DNA of 64,000 nt, from NCBI GenBank assembly GCA_047456305.1, contig CP179888.1:189307-253306 (forward strand). Direction: 5' to 3'. Below are positions 1 through 8,669 of this stretch, piece by piece. The translations under genes were made by a program, and so were the position numbers. A model generated the notes under the pieces. The model saw nothing but the letters and a program-made list of their open reading frames with translations, searched no databases and was not told where the DNA came from. Position 1 is the first letter of the stretch. Each line of letters opens with the position of its first letter. The DNA is from Candidatus Nealsonbacteria bacterium. Lineage in GTDB: Bacteria; Patescibacteriota; Minisyncoccia; Minisyncoccales; CAZKCU01.

Positions 1-23
1 AAAGTTTTTCCTAATTTCTATTT

Positions 24-551
24 TTATTTAAACATCTGAGAGTCAAAAGAAAGTTCAATGGTAAATTTAATTTCCCCCTCTTTTCCGATTGAAACCTCTG
101 TTAAATTAACATCTTTAACAAATTCTCCCCTTCTAAAAATCGAAAGTTGCTGGCCTAGACTCTCAAAGCTTTCGGCCTGACCAGAAATGGAAGCGTGCAA
201 TTTTCCAACATCTAAATCCAACTTAGAAAAGAAAATTTTAGGACAAGAAAGATTTTCAAGAAAGGTAAAGAAATTCCTGCTCAGCTGATGAGAAATAAGT
301 AAAGAATCAACTATCTCAATCTTTTTCTGGTATCCAAAAATTCTTTTCTCTAAAGCTTTTATTTCAGGAGTTTCTTTTTGGGATATAGCATCTTCTATAT
401 TTTGAAGAGTCCTGGCTGAATTTTTTTGAAAATAACCTAAGATAAAGTAACCCAAAACAGAAATAATAAGTAAAATTAAGGATAAATAGAATAAAATACT
501 AACTACTGGTAATTTAGGTTCAACTTTTTTTGGAATAATTTCTATTGCCAT
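24..551 (-). CDS. PilN-like type IV pilus assembly protein (bitopic membrane protein)
   Basis: 175-aa ORF 5 nt downstream of pilM. It has one N-terminal TM helix (VVSILFYLSLILLIISVLGYFILGYF) followed by a soluble domain, the same architecture as the PilN ORF at 32239-32766. Assigned by synteny and architecture only. Confidence 0.5.
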   Translation of the reverse strand: MAIEIIPKKVEPKLPVVSILFYLSLILLIISVLGYFILGYFQKNSARTLQNIEDAISQKETPEIKALEKRIFGYQKKIEIVDSLLISHQLSRNFFTFLENLSCPKIFFSKLDLDVGKLHASISGQAESFESLGQQLSIFRRGEFVKDVNLTEVSIGKEGEIKFTIELSFDSQMFK

Positions 552-556
552 ATTTT

Positions 557-1627
557 TTACTCAAAACCCCTGAGAGCCATTCCAACCGCTATGGCATAAG
601 AAGGCCCCATTTCTCTTAAAGTTTGTTCTAAAGCTGGGGGATAAAAAATTTCAGTAAAAGGGTTAGCTATCTCCACAGTTTTTTTGAGGCGCTTTAAAGA
701 GTATTCTTTCAGCCCGGGAAGTAGAGCTGATCCCCCGGCTAAAATAACTTTTTCTATTTCTTTTCCCTCAGCCTTATAGAAGTTCTGGGAGATTTTTTCT
801 ATCTCAGAAAGCAGCAAATCAATCAAGGGAGATAGAATTCTTCCAATTTTCATCTCCGAAAATCCAATACCATGTCTTTTTTTTAAGTCTTCAGCTTCAT
901 TATAACTAATATTTAAAGATTTGGATAGGAGGCGGGTTAATTCATTTCCCGAAACATCAAAGCTATAAGTTATTTTCAAGACTCCTTTTTCAATAATACT
1001 TATGGTAGTACTCTGAGCCCCGATATCTACCAAAGTAATTATACCTTTTTTATCTTTAATTAAAGACCTCAACAGGCCAAACACTTCTGCTTCCAAAGCC
1101 AGAAGTCGAATTTGAGAAAGTCGAGCAATTTCCTGATATTGATTAATAACTTCGTGAGGAACAGCTACTAAAAGGACTTTGAGCCCGGCCTTTTCTCGAT
1201 TAGAAACCTTACCCTCCTCAATTATTGACCAATCTAAAACTACTTCTGATAAAGGAAGGGGAATATGCTGACGGGCCTTAAATTGGACAGCTGAAGATAT
1301 TTCCTCTTGAGTCATCGGAGGTAACTCAAGAAAGGTAAAAAAAGTTGAAAAATCAGGAATGGAAAAAACAGCTTCTCTATTTTCAATCTTAGTTTCCTTA
1401 AAAATAGCTCCGATGGCTTTGGCAATGTCTTGGTTTGAAAGCAAAAGAGTGCTTTTTTCAAAAGTCCTAAATGGCTTTCTGTAAAACATCTGGGCGCCAA
1501 TTTCTCCATAATTCTCAAGTTTTATTCTCTCTCTCAGACCTGATAATTCAACAACTTTAATAGAGGTTGTCCCAATATCTATCCCTAAAAATCTTTTAAA
1601 GGGCTTTTTAAAGGGTGTCCATAACAT
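557..1627 (-). CDS. pilM: type IV pilus assembly protein PilM (actin-like ATPase fold)
   Basis: 356 aa. Actin/FtsA-like motifs 'LGIDIGTTSIKVVEL', 'LVDIGAQSTTISI' and 'ILAGGSALLPGL'. Paralogous to the ORF at 32763-33860 and followed by a PilN-like ORF. Confidence 0.8.
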   Translation of the reverse strand: MLWTPFKKPFKRFLGIDIGTTSIKVVELSGLRERIKLENYGEIGAQMFYRKPFRTFEKSTLLLSNQDIAKAIGAIFKETKIENREAVFSIPDFSTFFTFLELPPMTQEEISSAVQFKARQHIPLPLSEVVLDWSIIEEGKVSNREKAGLKVLLVAVPHEVINQYQEIARLSQIRLLALEAEVFGLLRSLIKDKKGIITLVDIGAQSTTISIIEKGVLKITYSFDVSGNELTRLLSKSLNISYNEAEDLKKRHGIGFSEMKIGRILSPLIDLLLSEIEKISQNFYKAEGKEIEKVILAGGSALLPGLKEYSLKRLKKTVEIANPFTEIFYPPALEQTLREMGPSYAIAVGMALRGFE

Positions 1628-1670
1628 TAAATATATTATATCATTTTAAAAAAGAAGGTCTATATCTAGT

Positions 1671-2429
1671 ATGTGGAAAAAGCTCAACATAAAAAACTTT
1701 GCTTTATCTCTTCTCTTTCCCCGGTTTTGCTTTTGCTGCCAGAAAGAAGGAAGTTATCTTTGTGAAGATTGTCTTTCTACTATTGAAATTTCTGAGCATC
1801 AATACTGTCTTTGTCAAAAGCCTCAAAAAATCTGGCAGGGAGGAAAATGTCAAAGATGTGTCTCCCGAAAACTCAACGGCCTTTATTTTGCTGCCCCCTA
1901 CCAAAATAGTTTAGTTCAAAACTTAATTCACAGCTTTAAATATAAGCCTTTTATAAAAGAGCTCTCAAAACCATTAGCTTCTTTAATAATAAATCATTTT
2001 CAATTACTCGACAATCCTCCTGATTTTTTTTACCCCGTTAAATCCCGCGAAGCGGGTGCGAAGCAATTTAACGGGGCTGAATTTCTTCTCCTGTCTATTC
2101 CTTTGGAGAAAAGGAAGTTAAAGGAGCGGGGATTTAATCAGGCAGAAGAATTAGCTAAAGAGCTCTCAAAATCCTTGAAAATCCCTTTGTTAAATGATGT
2201 CTTAATAAAAATAAAAGAAACTTTACCCCAAGTTGAACTTTCCGGGAAAAAAAGAGAAGAAAATATCAAAGGAGTATTTTTGGTAAAAAATACTGAGAAA
2301 ATAAGAGGAAGAAAAGTTCTTTTAGTTGACGATGTTTACACAACCGGCTCAACTATGGATGAGGGTGCCCGAGTTTTAAAAACGGCTGGAGCAAAAGAGG
2401 TTTGGGGAGTGGTAGTAGCCAGAGGATAA
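1671..2429 (+). CDS. comF: ComF family protein (zinc-ribbon N-terminus plus phosphoribosyltransferase fold)
   Basis: 252 aa. N-terminal CxxC...CxxC pairs and the C-terminal PRTase motif 'VLLVDDVYTTGSTMDE'. Carries an in-frame palindromic insertion at 2033-2076. Confidence 0.8.
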   Translation: MWKKLNIKNFALSLLFPRFCFCCQKEGSYLCEDCLSTIEISEHQYCLCQKPQKIWQGGKCQRCVSRKLNGLYFAAPYQNSLVQNLIHSFKYKPFIKELSKPLASLIINHFQLLDNPPDFFYPVKSREAGAKQFNGAEFLLLSIPLEKRKLKERGFNQAEELAKELSKSLKIPLLNDVLIKIKETLPQVELSGKKREENIKGVFLVKNTEKIRGRKVLLVDDVYTTGSTMDEGARVLKTAGAKEVWGVVVARG

Positions 2430-2458
2430 AAGAGAATTAGAAATTAAGAATTATGAAT

Positions 2459-2483
2459 AAAAAAACCGGCTTTGCCGGTTTTA
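2459..2483. terminator. bidirectional rho-independent terminator hairpin
   Basis: AAAAAACCGGC-TTT-GCCGGTTTT lies between comF (+) and tRNA-Ser (-), with A/T runs on both sides. Confidence 0.55.
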
Positions 2484-2489
2484 ACTTTG

Positions 2490-2575
2490 CGGAGGGGGTG
2501 AGATTTGAACTCACGAGGGCCTTTCAGCCCTAGTAGTTTTCAAGACTACTTGGGACAACCACTCCCGACCCCTCC
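2490..2575 (-). tRNA. tRNA-Ser(UGA), type II with long variable arm
   Basis: Hand-folded 86-nt cloverleaf. Acceptor GGAGGGG/CCCCTCC, anticodon loop CTTGAAA, variable arm GGGCTGAAAGGCCC, T-loop GTTCAAATC. No encoded CCA. Confidence 0.85.
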
Positions 2576-3589
2576 CAGCATAAGTTTGTATCTTTTCTGA
2601 ATGTTTGGATTATGGGTGCCTATTAAATCAAAGTACTTCATAATCTCGCTCTGATTTTCTAATTGGACATTTCTTTTGTTACGAATCTTTGGAGAAAAAT
2701 CTAATTCTTTCAATATTCTAACAACCGAAGAACAAAGTGATGTTGAGTAACTCGTAAAACATAATCGCGGATAACAATAAGTTCTCCCATTAATTCGGTG
2801 ATATTCGCGAAATAGACATCCATCTGTATCAATCAAACCTTTGATACAAGAAATTTTAAAAGATTTGTTCCTTTTAATCCATTCGGGAATATCCAAGTTT
2901 TGTTTTAATTTGTTGCCGATTTTTAAACCTATTGATTTACAAAACATTACTAATTTTGTGCGTGAAACAACAACATCAACTGTCGACTTATGTTTATTAT
3001 AAATACTTGGTTCTACTTTAAAAAGTTTTTTTATAAGACTCCTGACAAAAATACTATAAAGTTTCTCGGTCCCGCGATTTAGTGAAACAATCACTTGTTT
3101 TTTCGCAATTCCACCATCACCAATCATAATTCCGACAAATTCAGCTAGTTCTTCTGAGAAACGTGGTTTTTTAATTGGTTTAGTAACTCCAACAATGAGG
3201 TTTTTTCTATATTTGCCTTCTCTTTCCCACCACTCATACCATTTCTTTTTCCAATATTCAAGATCTCCTCCAATCCTTCCATATTTTTTTAATACCGCCT
3301 TTGCTCCTGCAGATGAACCAAGTGCTGTGTACCAATACCTGTCTCTTAACTCAATATTTGGAGGTATTTGGATTTTAGCTTTTTGAGACAAATCCTGAAC
3401 TACTCTCAGGGGCATAGAGTATTTTTCTCTTTTCCAGTCATTGAAAGTTCTTTTATGTACACCTATTATATCTGTGAGTTCAGCCCAAGAAAGTTTTAAT
3501 TTACCCACTGTTTTTGATAAAAAATGATACTGTTCACCAACTGGAAAAATAACTCTCTTTTCCATTTTAGAATTTAACAGTTCGGCCAT
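2546..3589 (-). CDS. free-standing LAGLIDADG-family homing endonuclease-like protein with N-terminal HTH
   Basis: 347 aa. Two LAGLIDADG motifs ('FVGIMIGDGGIA' and 'IKGLIDTDGCLF') and an N-terminal HTH-like segment 'LSWAELTDIIGVHKRTFNDWK'. The last ~30 nt overlap the 5' part of tRNA-Ser(UGA). Confidence 0.75.
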   Translation of the reverse strand: MAELLNSKMEKRVIFPVGEQYHFLSKTVGKLKLSWAELTDIIGVHKRTFNDWKREKYSMPLRVVQDLSQKAKIQIPPNIELRDRYWYTALGSSAGAKAVLKKYGRIGGDLEYWKKKWYEWWEREGKYRKNLIVGVTKPIKKPRFSEELAEFVGIMIGDGGIAKKQVIVSLNRGTEKLYSIFVRSLIKKLFKVEPSIYNKHKSTVDVVVSRTKLVMFCKSIGLKIGNKLKQNLDIPEWIKRNKSFKISCIKGLIDTDGCLFREYHRINGRTYCYPRLCFTSYSTSLCSSVVRILKELDFSPKIRNKRNVQLENQSEIMKYFDLIGTHNPNIQKRYKLMLGGVGSGCPK

Positions 3590-3663
3590 TATTCCATTTT
3601 AACACTTTAAAGATATAAAAACAACCTAACTTCTTCTCAGATTCTATCTAAAAATAAAAAAGG

Positions 3664-3752
3664 CGGAGAGGGTGGGATTCGAACCCACGAAGGGATATTA
3701 CTCCCTTACCTCATTAGCAGTGAGGGGCACTAGACCACTATGCGACCTCTCC
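3664..3752 (-). tRNA. tRNA-Ser(GCU), type II
   Basis: 89-nt cloverleaf. Acceptor GGAGAGG/CCTCTCC, anticodon loop CTGCTAA, long variable arm, T-loop GGTTCGAATCC. Confidence 0.85.
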
Positions 3753-3790
3753 TTATTTTAATTTTAACCATTAAAGTTGTTTAAGTCAAA

Positions 3791-3819
3791 TTGAAATTTA
3801 ATTAATTTTATGATATATT
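3791..3819 (+). promoter_or_regulatory. sigma70-like promoter for tRNA-Arg(GCG)
   Basis: TTGAAA, 17-nt spacer, TATATT. The -10 ends 12 nt before the tRNA 5' end. Confidence 0.5.
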
Positions 3820-3831
3820 TTATTAGTATTT

Positions 3832-3906
3832 GCCCTCGTAGTTCAATGGATAGAATGCGAACTTGCGGAGTTTGTGATAGAGGTTCGACTCCTCTCGAGG
3901 GCACCA
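3832..3906 (+). tRNA. tRNA-Arg(GCG), CCA encoded
   Basis: Acceptor GCCCTCG/CGAGGGC, anticodon stem CGAAC/GTTTG, loop TTGCGGA, T-arm AGAGG-TTCGACT-CCTCT, 3' ACCA. Confidence 0.8.
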
Positions 3907-4068
3907 TCGAGGAGAAGTCAACGATTTTCTGGTCGTCTCGCTTCGCTCGGCGACCAGATTGAAAGGAATTTTAGGCGAAAAAATCAATTGGCGGTAAAAG
4001 AAAATTTTTTCATTTTTAATTTACTCAAGGTCGATTTTTTAATTTTTTATTAAATTTAAATATAGATA

Positions 4069-4518
4069 ATGAAAATGCCTACTTGGATAATTTATGGAAT
4101 AATAGCCTCTTTATGTTTAGGAAGTTATGTGATTGCTTCTAAAATTGCTATTTCTGGAAAATATTTTGAAAGAATTAGTCCGGCCTGGACTGCCCTATTT
4201 ATGCTTTTAGGGATTGCGGTTATATTTATAATCGCTGTGATCAAAGAGGGCTTCCCAATGCCTATTAGCAAGCCTGATATTGGATTTGCTGTTTTGTCTG
4301 GCATTCTTTGGGGATTAGGAATGTATTTTGTTTTGAAGGCGATAGCTATTGGAGCAGATGTAGCGAAACTGACTCCACTTTATAATACGAACACTTTAGT
4401 AGCAGTACTCTTGGGAATTATTTTGCTACATGAGTTGCCCAAAGCAGGTGACATTGCAAGAGTGGCAGTTGGAGCAGTGTTAATTGTGGCTGGAGCAATT
4501 TTGGTAAGCTTCAGGTAG
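4069..4518 (+). CDS. small EamA/DMT-superfamily-like membrane transporter
   Basis: 149 aa with about five TM helices and a Gly/Ala-rich C-terminal helix 'VAVGAVLIVAGAILV', typical of an EamA half-domain. Family assignment is from composition and topology only. Confidence 0.5.
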   Translation: MKMPTWIIYGIIASLCLGSYVIASKIAISGKYFERISPAWTALFMLLGIAVIFIIAVIKEGFPMPISKPDIGFAVLSGILWGLGMYFVLKAIAIGADVAKLTPLYNTNTLVAVLLGIILLHELPKAGDIARVAVGAVLIVAGAILVSFR

Positions 4519-4621
4519 GGGCGTAGTATTTGAGAAAGATTTTGTGTGAGGCAGCAATAAACATAATAAACATTTTTGATTAATATTTATGAGTAAAAGC
4601 GGGTTTGTTTTATCTGAAAGA

Positions 4622-4739
4622 ATTTGCCGCCAAAGAAAAACTTGAAATTGTTAAAGAACGCGGCGAAGCCGCTCCGAATTTTTTGGGGCTTCATCGCCGC
4701 CAAAGGCGACGAAAAAAGTTCGAACTATTTTCAATATAG
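4622..4739 (+). repeat. ~120-nt GC-rich dispersed element (copy A) ending in the 21-nt box TTCGAACTATTTTCAATATAG
   Basis: Collinear with the reverse complement of 55877-56003. Shared blocks are GCCAAAGAAAAACTTGAAATTGTyAAAGAACGCGGCGA, GGGGCTT, a TCGCCGCC-nnn-GGCGnCGA hairpin and the terminal box. The box alone recurs at 24163-24183 (-) and 60954-60974 (+). Confidence 0.8.
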
Positions 4740-4759
4740 TGCACAGCAAATTTTCTTTT

Positions 4760-6943
4760 ATGAATCTCTCTACTCCCATTGAACAAATTCCTCGGGTTGG
4801 TCTCCAATATCAAAGAAGATTAAAAAAATTGGGGATAAAAACTGTTCAAGATCTTTTTTTTCATTTTCCTCATCGCTATGAGGATTTTTCAAAGATAATT
4901 CCAATTTCAAAAGCCGAGCCCGGTGGCCCTTTTTGTTTTCAAGGAAAAATTTTAGATATAAAAAACATCTACACTTCCAGAAAAAGAATGGTTTTAACCC
5001 AGGCAACTATTGGCGATAAAACCGGAAAACTAAAAGTAATTTGGTTTAACCAACCCTATCTCATCAACACTTTTAAAAAGGGGGATTATGTTTGTTTGGC
5101 AGGAAAAATAGCAAAAAAAGGAAGCGCAAAATATTTATCCAGCCCGGCCTATGAGAAAATTCCCCTAACACCTAATACCTATAACCTAACACCTCATCTA
5201 ACCCATACCGGAAGATTAATTCCGGTTTATCCAGAAACAGAAGGATTATCCTCAAGGTGGTTAAGATTTATTGTCAAACCTCTTCTGATAAAATTAAAAA
5301 ACCAAATTTCAGATTCTCTGCCAGAAAAAATCAGAAAAAAATATGAATTTTTACCCCTCCAAAAAGCAATTTGGCAAATCCATTTTCCTGACTCTTTGAA
5401 GTTAGCCCAAGAAGCAAAAAAAAGATTTGCCTTTGAGGAGTTATTTAATCTTTCACTTTTTGTTTTAAGAGAAAGAGTGAAATTAGCCAGAGAAAAAGCA
5501 ATTCCCATTCCTTTAAATCTGGCTCTTATTAAAGAATTTACTAAAAGCTTACCTTTTAAACTAACCGATGCTCAAAAGAAATCTGCCTGGCAGATATTAA
5601 AAGATTTAGAAAAACCTAGACCAATGAACCGGCTTTTGGAGGGTGACGTTGGCTCTGGGAAAACAGTGGTTGCAGCTATGGCTGCCTTAAATGTAGCTAA
5701 AGCTGGTTTTCAAATCGCTTTTATGGCACCGACAGAAATTTTAGCCAAACAGCATTATAAAACCCTAAATGGATTTTTAAACCCCGTCCCCTATGCTCGG
5801 CGTGATTTAACCAAACAGAATGCTAAAGGCTTAGGGGGCGGGGTGAATATTGGATTAATCACCGGCAAAGAAAGTTATTATGACAATAAAAAAATTACCA
5901 GAAAAGAACTTTTGAGAAAATTGGAGGAAGGGAAAATTGATATTTTAATTGGTACTCACGCCTTAGTCCAGGAAGGGGTAAAATTTGGAAAACTGGCTTT
6001 GGTAATCTTAGATGAACAACATCGTTTCGGCGTAGAGCAACGGGCCCGTCTCTGCCAACAACCAAAGTTTATCCCTCATCTTTTGTCAATGACTGCCACT
6101 CCTATCCCCCGCACCCTGTCTTTAACAGTTTTTGGCGACCTTGATTTATCTATTATTGATGAATTGCCCAAAGGTAGAAAAAAAATAATTACAAAAATCG
6201 TCCAGTCGAAAGATAAAAAAGAAACCTATAATTTTATCAGAGCCGAAGTTAAAGAGAACCGCCAAGTTTTTGTAATCTGTCCTCGGATTGAACCCGTCAA
6301 AACCTCTCCAGAAAATTTAGACGGTGAACTTTCACAGCAGGTATTAAGTTGGATGGAGGTAAAAGCAGTAAAAGATGAATATCAGAAACTTTCAAAAGAA
6401 ATTTTCCCTGACTTAAAAATCGGCATGCTCCACGGCAAAATGAAAACTCAAGAAAAGGAAAAAGTAATGAAAGATTTTAAAGATAAGAAAATTGATATTT
6501 TAGTATCAACTTCCGTCGTTGAAGTGGGGGTTGATATTCCTAATGCGACAGTAATGATGATTGAGGGTTCAGAAAAATTCGGTTTAGCCCAACTTCATCA
6601 GTTCAGAGGTAGAATAGGACGTTCTGATTTTCAATCTCACTGCTTTCTATTTACAGATGCGCTAGGCGTCGTAACAAACCGACGACTAAGAGCACTTCTC
6701 TCTTGCGAGAATGGTTTTGAGTTAGCGGAAAAAGATTTGGCAATCCGGGGACCCGGAGATTTTTCTGGTTCAAGGCAATGGGGAATTCCCGACCTGGCTA
6801 TGACTTCTCTAAAAGATATATTTTTAGTTGAAAAAGTAAGACAAATTGCAAAAAAATTATTAGAAGAGGACCCAGAATTAAAAAAATATCCCCTATTGCA
6901 AAAGAGATTAAAAAATTTTGGAGAAAAAATTCACCTGGAGTAA
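4760..6943 (+). CDS. recG: ATP-dependent DNA helicase RecG
   Basis: Motifs: wedge/OB N-terminus, helicase motif I 'GDVGSGKTVVA', DEQH box 'ILDEQHRFG', 'SMTATPIPRT' and 'HQFRGRIGR'. The ORF track starts at GTG 4739, inside the repeat. ATG 4760 (MNLSTPIEQ) is the preferred start. Confidence 0.9.
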   Translation: MNLSTPIEQIPRVGLQYQRRLKKLGIKTVQDLFFHFPHRYEDFSKIIPISKAEPGGPFCFQGKILDIKNIYTSRKRMVLTQATIGDKTGKLKVIWFNQPYLINTFKKGDYVCLAGKIAKKGSAKYLSSPAYEKIPLTPNTYNLTPHLTHTGRLIPVYPETEGLSSRWLRFIVKPLLIKLKNQISDSLPEKIRKKYEFLPLQKAIWQIHFPDSLKLAQEAKKRFAFEELFNLSLFVLRERVKLAREKAIPIPLNLALIKEFTKSLPFKLTDAQKKSAWQILKDLEKPRPMNRLLEGDVGSGKTVVAAMAALNVAKAGFQIAFMAPTEILAKQHYKTLNGFLNPVPYARRDLTKQNAKGLGGGVNIGLITGKESYYDNKKITRKELLRKLEEGKIDILIGTHALVQEGVKFGKLALVILDEQHRFGVEQRARLCQQPKFIPHLLSMTATPIPRTLSLTVFGDLDLSIIDELPKGRKKIITKIVQSKDKKETYNFIRAEVKENRQVFVICPRIEPVKTSPENLDGELSQQVLSWMEVKAVKDEYQKLSKEIFPDLKIGMLHGKMKTQEKEKVMKDFKDKKIDILVSTSVVEVGVDIPNATVMMIEGSEKFGLAQLHQFRGRIGRSDFQSHCFLFTDALGVVTNRRLRALLSCENGFELAEKDLAIRGPGDFSGSRQWGIPDLAMTSLKDIFLVEKVRQIAKKLLEEDPELKKYPLLQKRLKNFGEKIHLE

Positions 6944-6944
6944 A

Positions 6945-8507
6945 TTATTTCCTTACTTTCTCAGTTGGCCAAAAACCCATGTATTTGCCAAACATCCACC
7001 TGGTTTGGGCATCCAAAGCTGGTAAAGAAGTAAAAAATATCATAATTAAGGGAAGTAAAAACCACTCGGTTGCTAAAACCAGATATTTAACGCGGCCGTA
7101 TTGAGGTGGCTTTGGAGGAAGTAAAAGGATACTAAAATAAGCTGAACTAATTAATCCGACCATGGCTAAGGTTAAAATACGACTTATTATCTTGGGTAAA
7201 TTATAGGAAATTAAAGTCTGGGAAAAATCAGGTCCTCCCAAAACTAAAGGCAACCAACCTAACAAAAAAATCATAATTGAAACAGTTGCCCAAGACCAAT
7301 GGCTTTCAATTATTTCAAATCCCTGAGAAAATTTTTTTGAAAGAGGGATTTTTTTGTTCTTCAGGAAACCAAAAAGGAAAAAAGCAATATCCCCTACTCC
7401 GTAAGCCCACCTTCGTTGCTGTTTGTAAATATTAATTATTGTCCGGCGAAAATTCTTTGCGACATTAGCATCCATCGAAACCGGATAAAAAATTGGACAA
7501 ACCTGGTAATCTCCGTCATATTTTAAAAAACATTGCCAAAAAATTCTCGAATCATCAGAAACAACCCCAGAATCTTTAAAGCCGACTTCAAAGAGAGCCT
7601 GAAAACTCATTGAATGAGAAGAAAAAGTAACTAACTTTTCCGGCCTTTCCTGGTTCATAGTATGCCAAAAAGTTGAAGAAAAAGAAAAAACTCGAGAAAG
7701 TACTGGAGCTACCCAGATATTATTAATGTAAAGAGGAATGGGCTGGAAACTAGTTCTAGTCGGTTTGGGACAAGTTAAGTAATGCCAGGTTACACAGCTG
7801 AAGTATTTTTTAAAAACACAAGTATCAGCATCCAAAGAAGAAACAATAATATTTTGGTAGGGAATTTTCAGGGGATCAATAATGAGAAGTTTTGCTTTTT
7901 TAGCCGCCCAGGTCTCATTGGAACCTTTGCCGGCAATTTCTCCTAGCAAATTTGCCGGATGCCAGGTTATTAAAAACCTAAAGAATTTATTCCCAAACTC
8001 TTTCTCAATGACTTGGCTAGTTTTTGCAACCTCTTTTTTTACTTTTTCCTCACAAGCTAAAACCACAATCATTTTATTTTTTGGATAATCAGTATTTTCC
8101 AAGGCCAAAAAAGTATCCCGAATAATCTCTAAAGGTTCTTTATACATTGGAAAGATAATTAAATGATAAATATCTTTCCAGTTTTTAAGATTTAATGTGC
8201 CAGATGGAAAATGTAAATTATTTAGTTTTCTAATCCAATCAATTTTTTCGTGCTCTTTCATTTTTTGGTAGCCGGCCCGGAGATGAAAGGAAAGATAAAT
8301 TGTTCTAAAAAACCAAAAAATTACAAAAAGGATAATAAAAATGGCAATTAAAAAGGGTTTTTTCCAAGAAAAAATAATAACCAAAATTAAAGTCGCCCAG
8401 GACAAGGCCCCGGGAAGAACTTCAAAAAACCTATAAACCATCTTATCTTTTGAATTTTTAAGGTCGGCGGCTCGAGAAATTTTTAAATAAAATTTATTCT
8501 TATCCAT
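6945..8507 (-). CDS. membrane-bound family 2 glycosyltransferase (processive, cellulose/chitin-synthase-like)
   Basis: Multiple TM helices flank a GT2 domain with 'SSLDADT' (DxD) and the 'QQRRWAYG' (QxxRW) motif. The ORF-track N-terminus (to 8594) runs antisense through tRNA-Glu, so the start was moved to Met30 (ATG at 8507). Confidence 0.75.
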   Translation of the reverse strand: MDKNKFYLKISRAADLKNSKDKMVYRFFEVLPGALSWATLILVIIFSWKKPFLIAIFIILFVIFWFFRTIYLSFHLRAGYQKMKEHEKIDWIRKLNNLHFPSGTLNLKNWKDIYHLIIFPMYKEPLEIIRDTFLALENTDYPKNKMIVVLACEEKVKKEVAKTSQVIEKEFGNKFFRFLITWHPANLLGEIAGKGSNETWAAKKAKLLIIDPLKIPYQNIIVSSLDADTCVFKKYFSCVTWHYLTCPKPTRTSFQPIPLYINNIWVAPVLSRVFSFSSTFWHTMNQERPEKLVTFSSHSMSFQALFEVGFKDSGVVSDDSRIFWQCFLKYDGDYQVCPIFYPVSMDANVAKNFRRTIINIYKQQRRWAYGVGDIAFFLFGFLKNKKIPLSKKFSQGFEIIESHWSWATVSIMIFLLGWLPLVLGGPDFSQTLISYNLPKIISRILTLAMVGLISSAYFSILLLPPKPPQYGRVKYLVLATEWFLLPLIMIFFTSLPALDAQTRWMFGKYMGFWPTEKVRK

Positions 8508-8536
8508 TAGTTGTTTTTTGATATTTAAAATAGAGG

Positions 8537-8608
8537 CGGCCCCATGGGTAGTCGAAACCCAGTTTTTTGGATGAAAACCAAATGTCCTAACCACTAGACG
8601 ATGGGGCC
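8537..8608 (-). tRNA. tRNA-Glu(UUC)
   Basis: 72 nt. Acceptor GGCCCCA/TGGGGCC, anticodon stem TTTGG/CCAAA, loop TTTTCAT, T-arm TGGGT-TTCGACT-ACCCA. Confidence 0.85.
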
Positions 8609-8633
8609 AAACTATATTAGTTTATCTTAAAAA

Positions 8634-8662
8634 TTGAAAAAAAGCAAGAAAAAAGTTAAGAT
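8634..8662 (+). promoter_or_regulatory. sigma70-like promoter of tsaD-valS (near-leaderless geometry)
   Basis: TTGAAA, 17 nt, TAAGAT. The -10 ends 7 nt before the tsaD ATG at 8670, so the predicted +1 falls within 1 nt of the start codon. Confidence 0.45.
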
Positions 8663-8669
8663 AAATTAC

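Noticed and set aside
8508-8594. N-terminal extensions in the ORF track (also 4739-4759, 8634-8669, 24913-25002, 38876-39031, 55866-55928, 58698-58730)
   Set aside because: These extensions run through tRNA genes, promoter hexamers or GC-rich repeats, and begin at non-ATG codons. Internal ATG or TTG starts give canonical N-termini.
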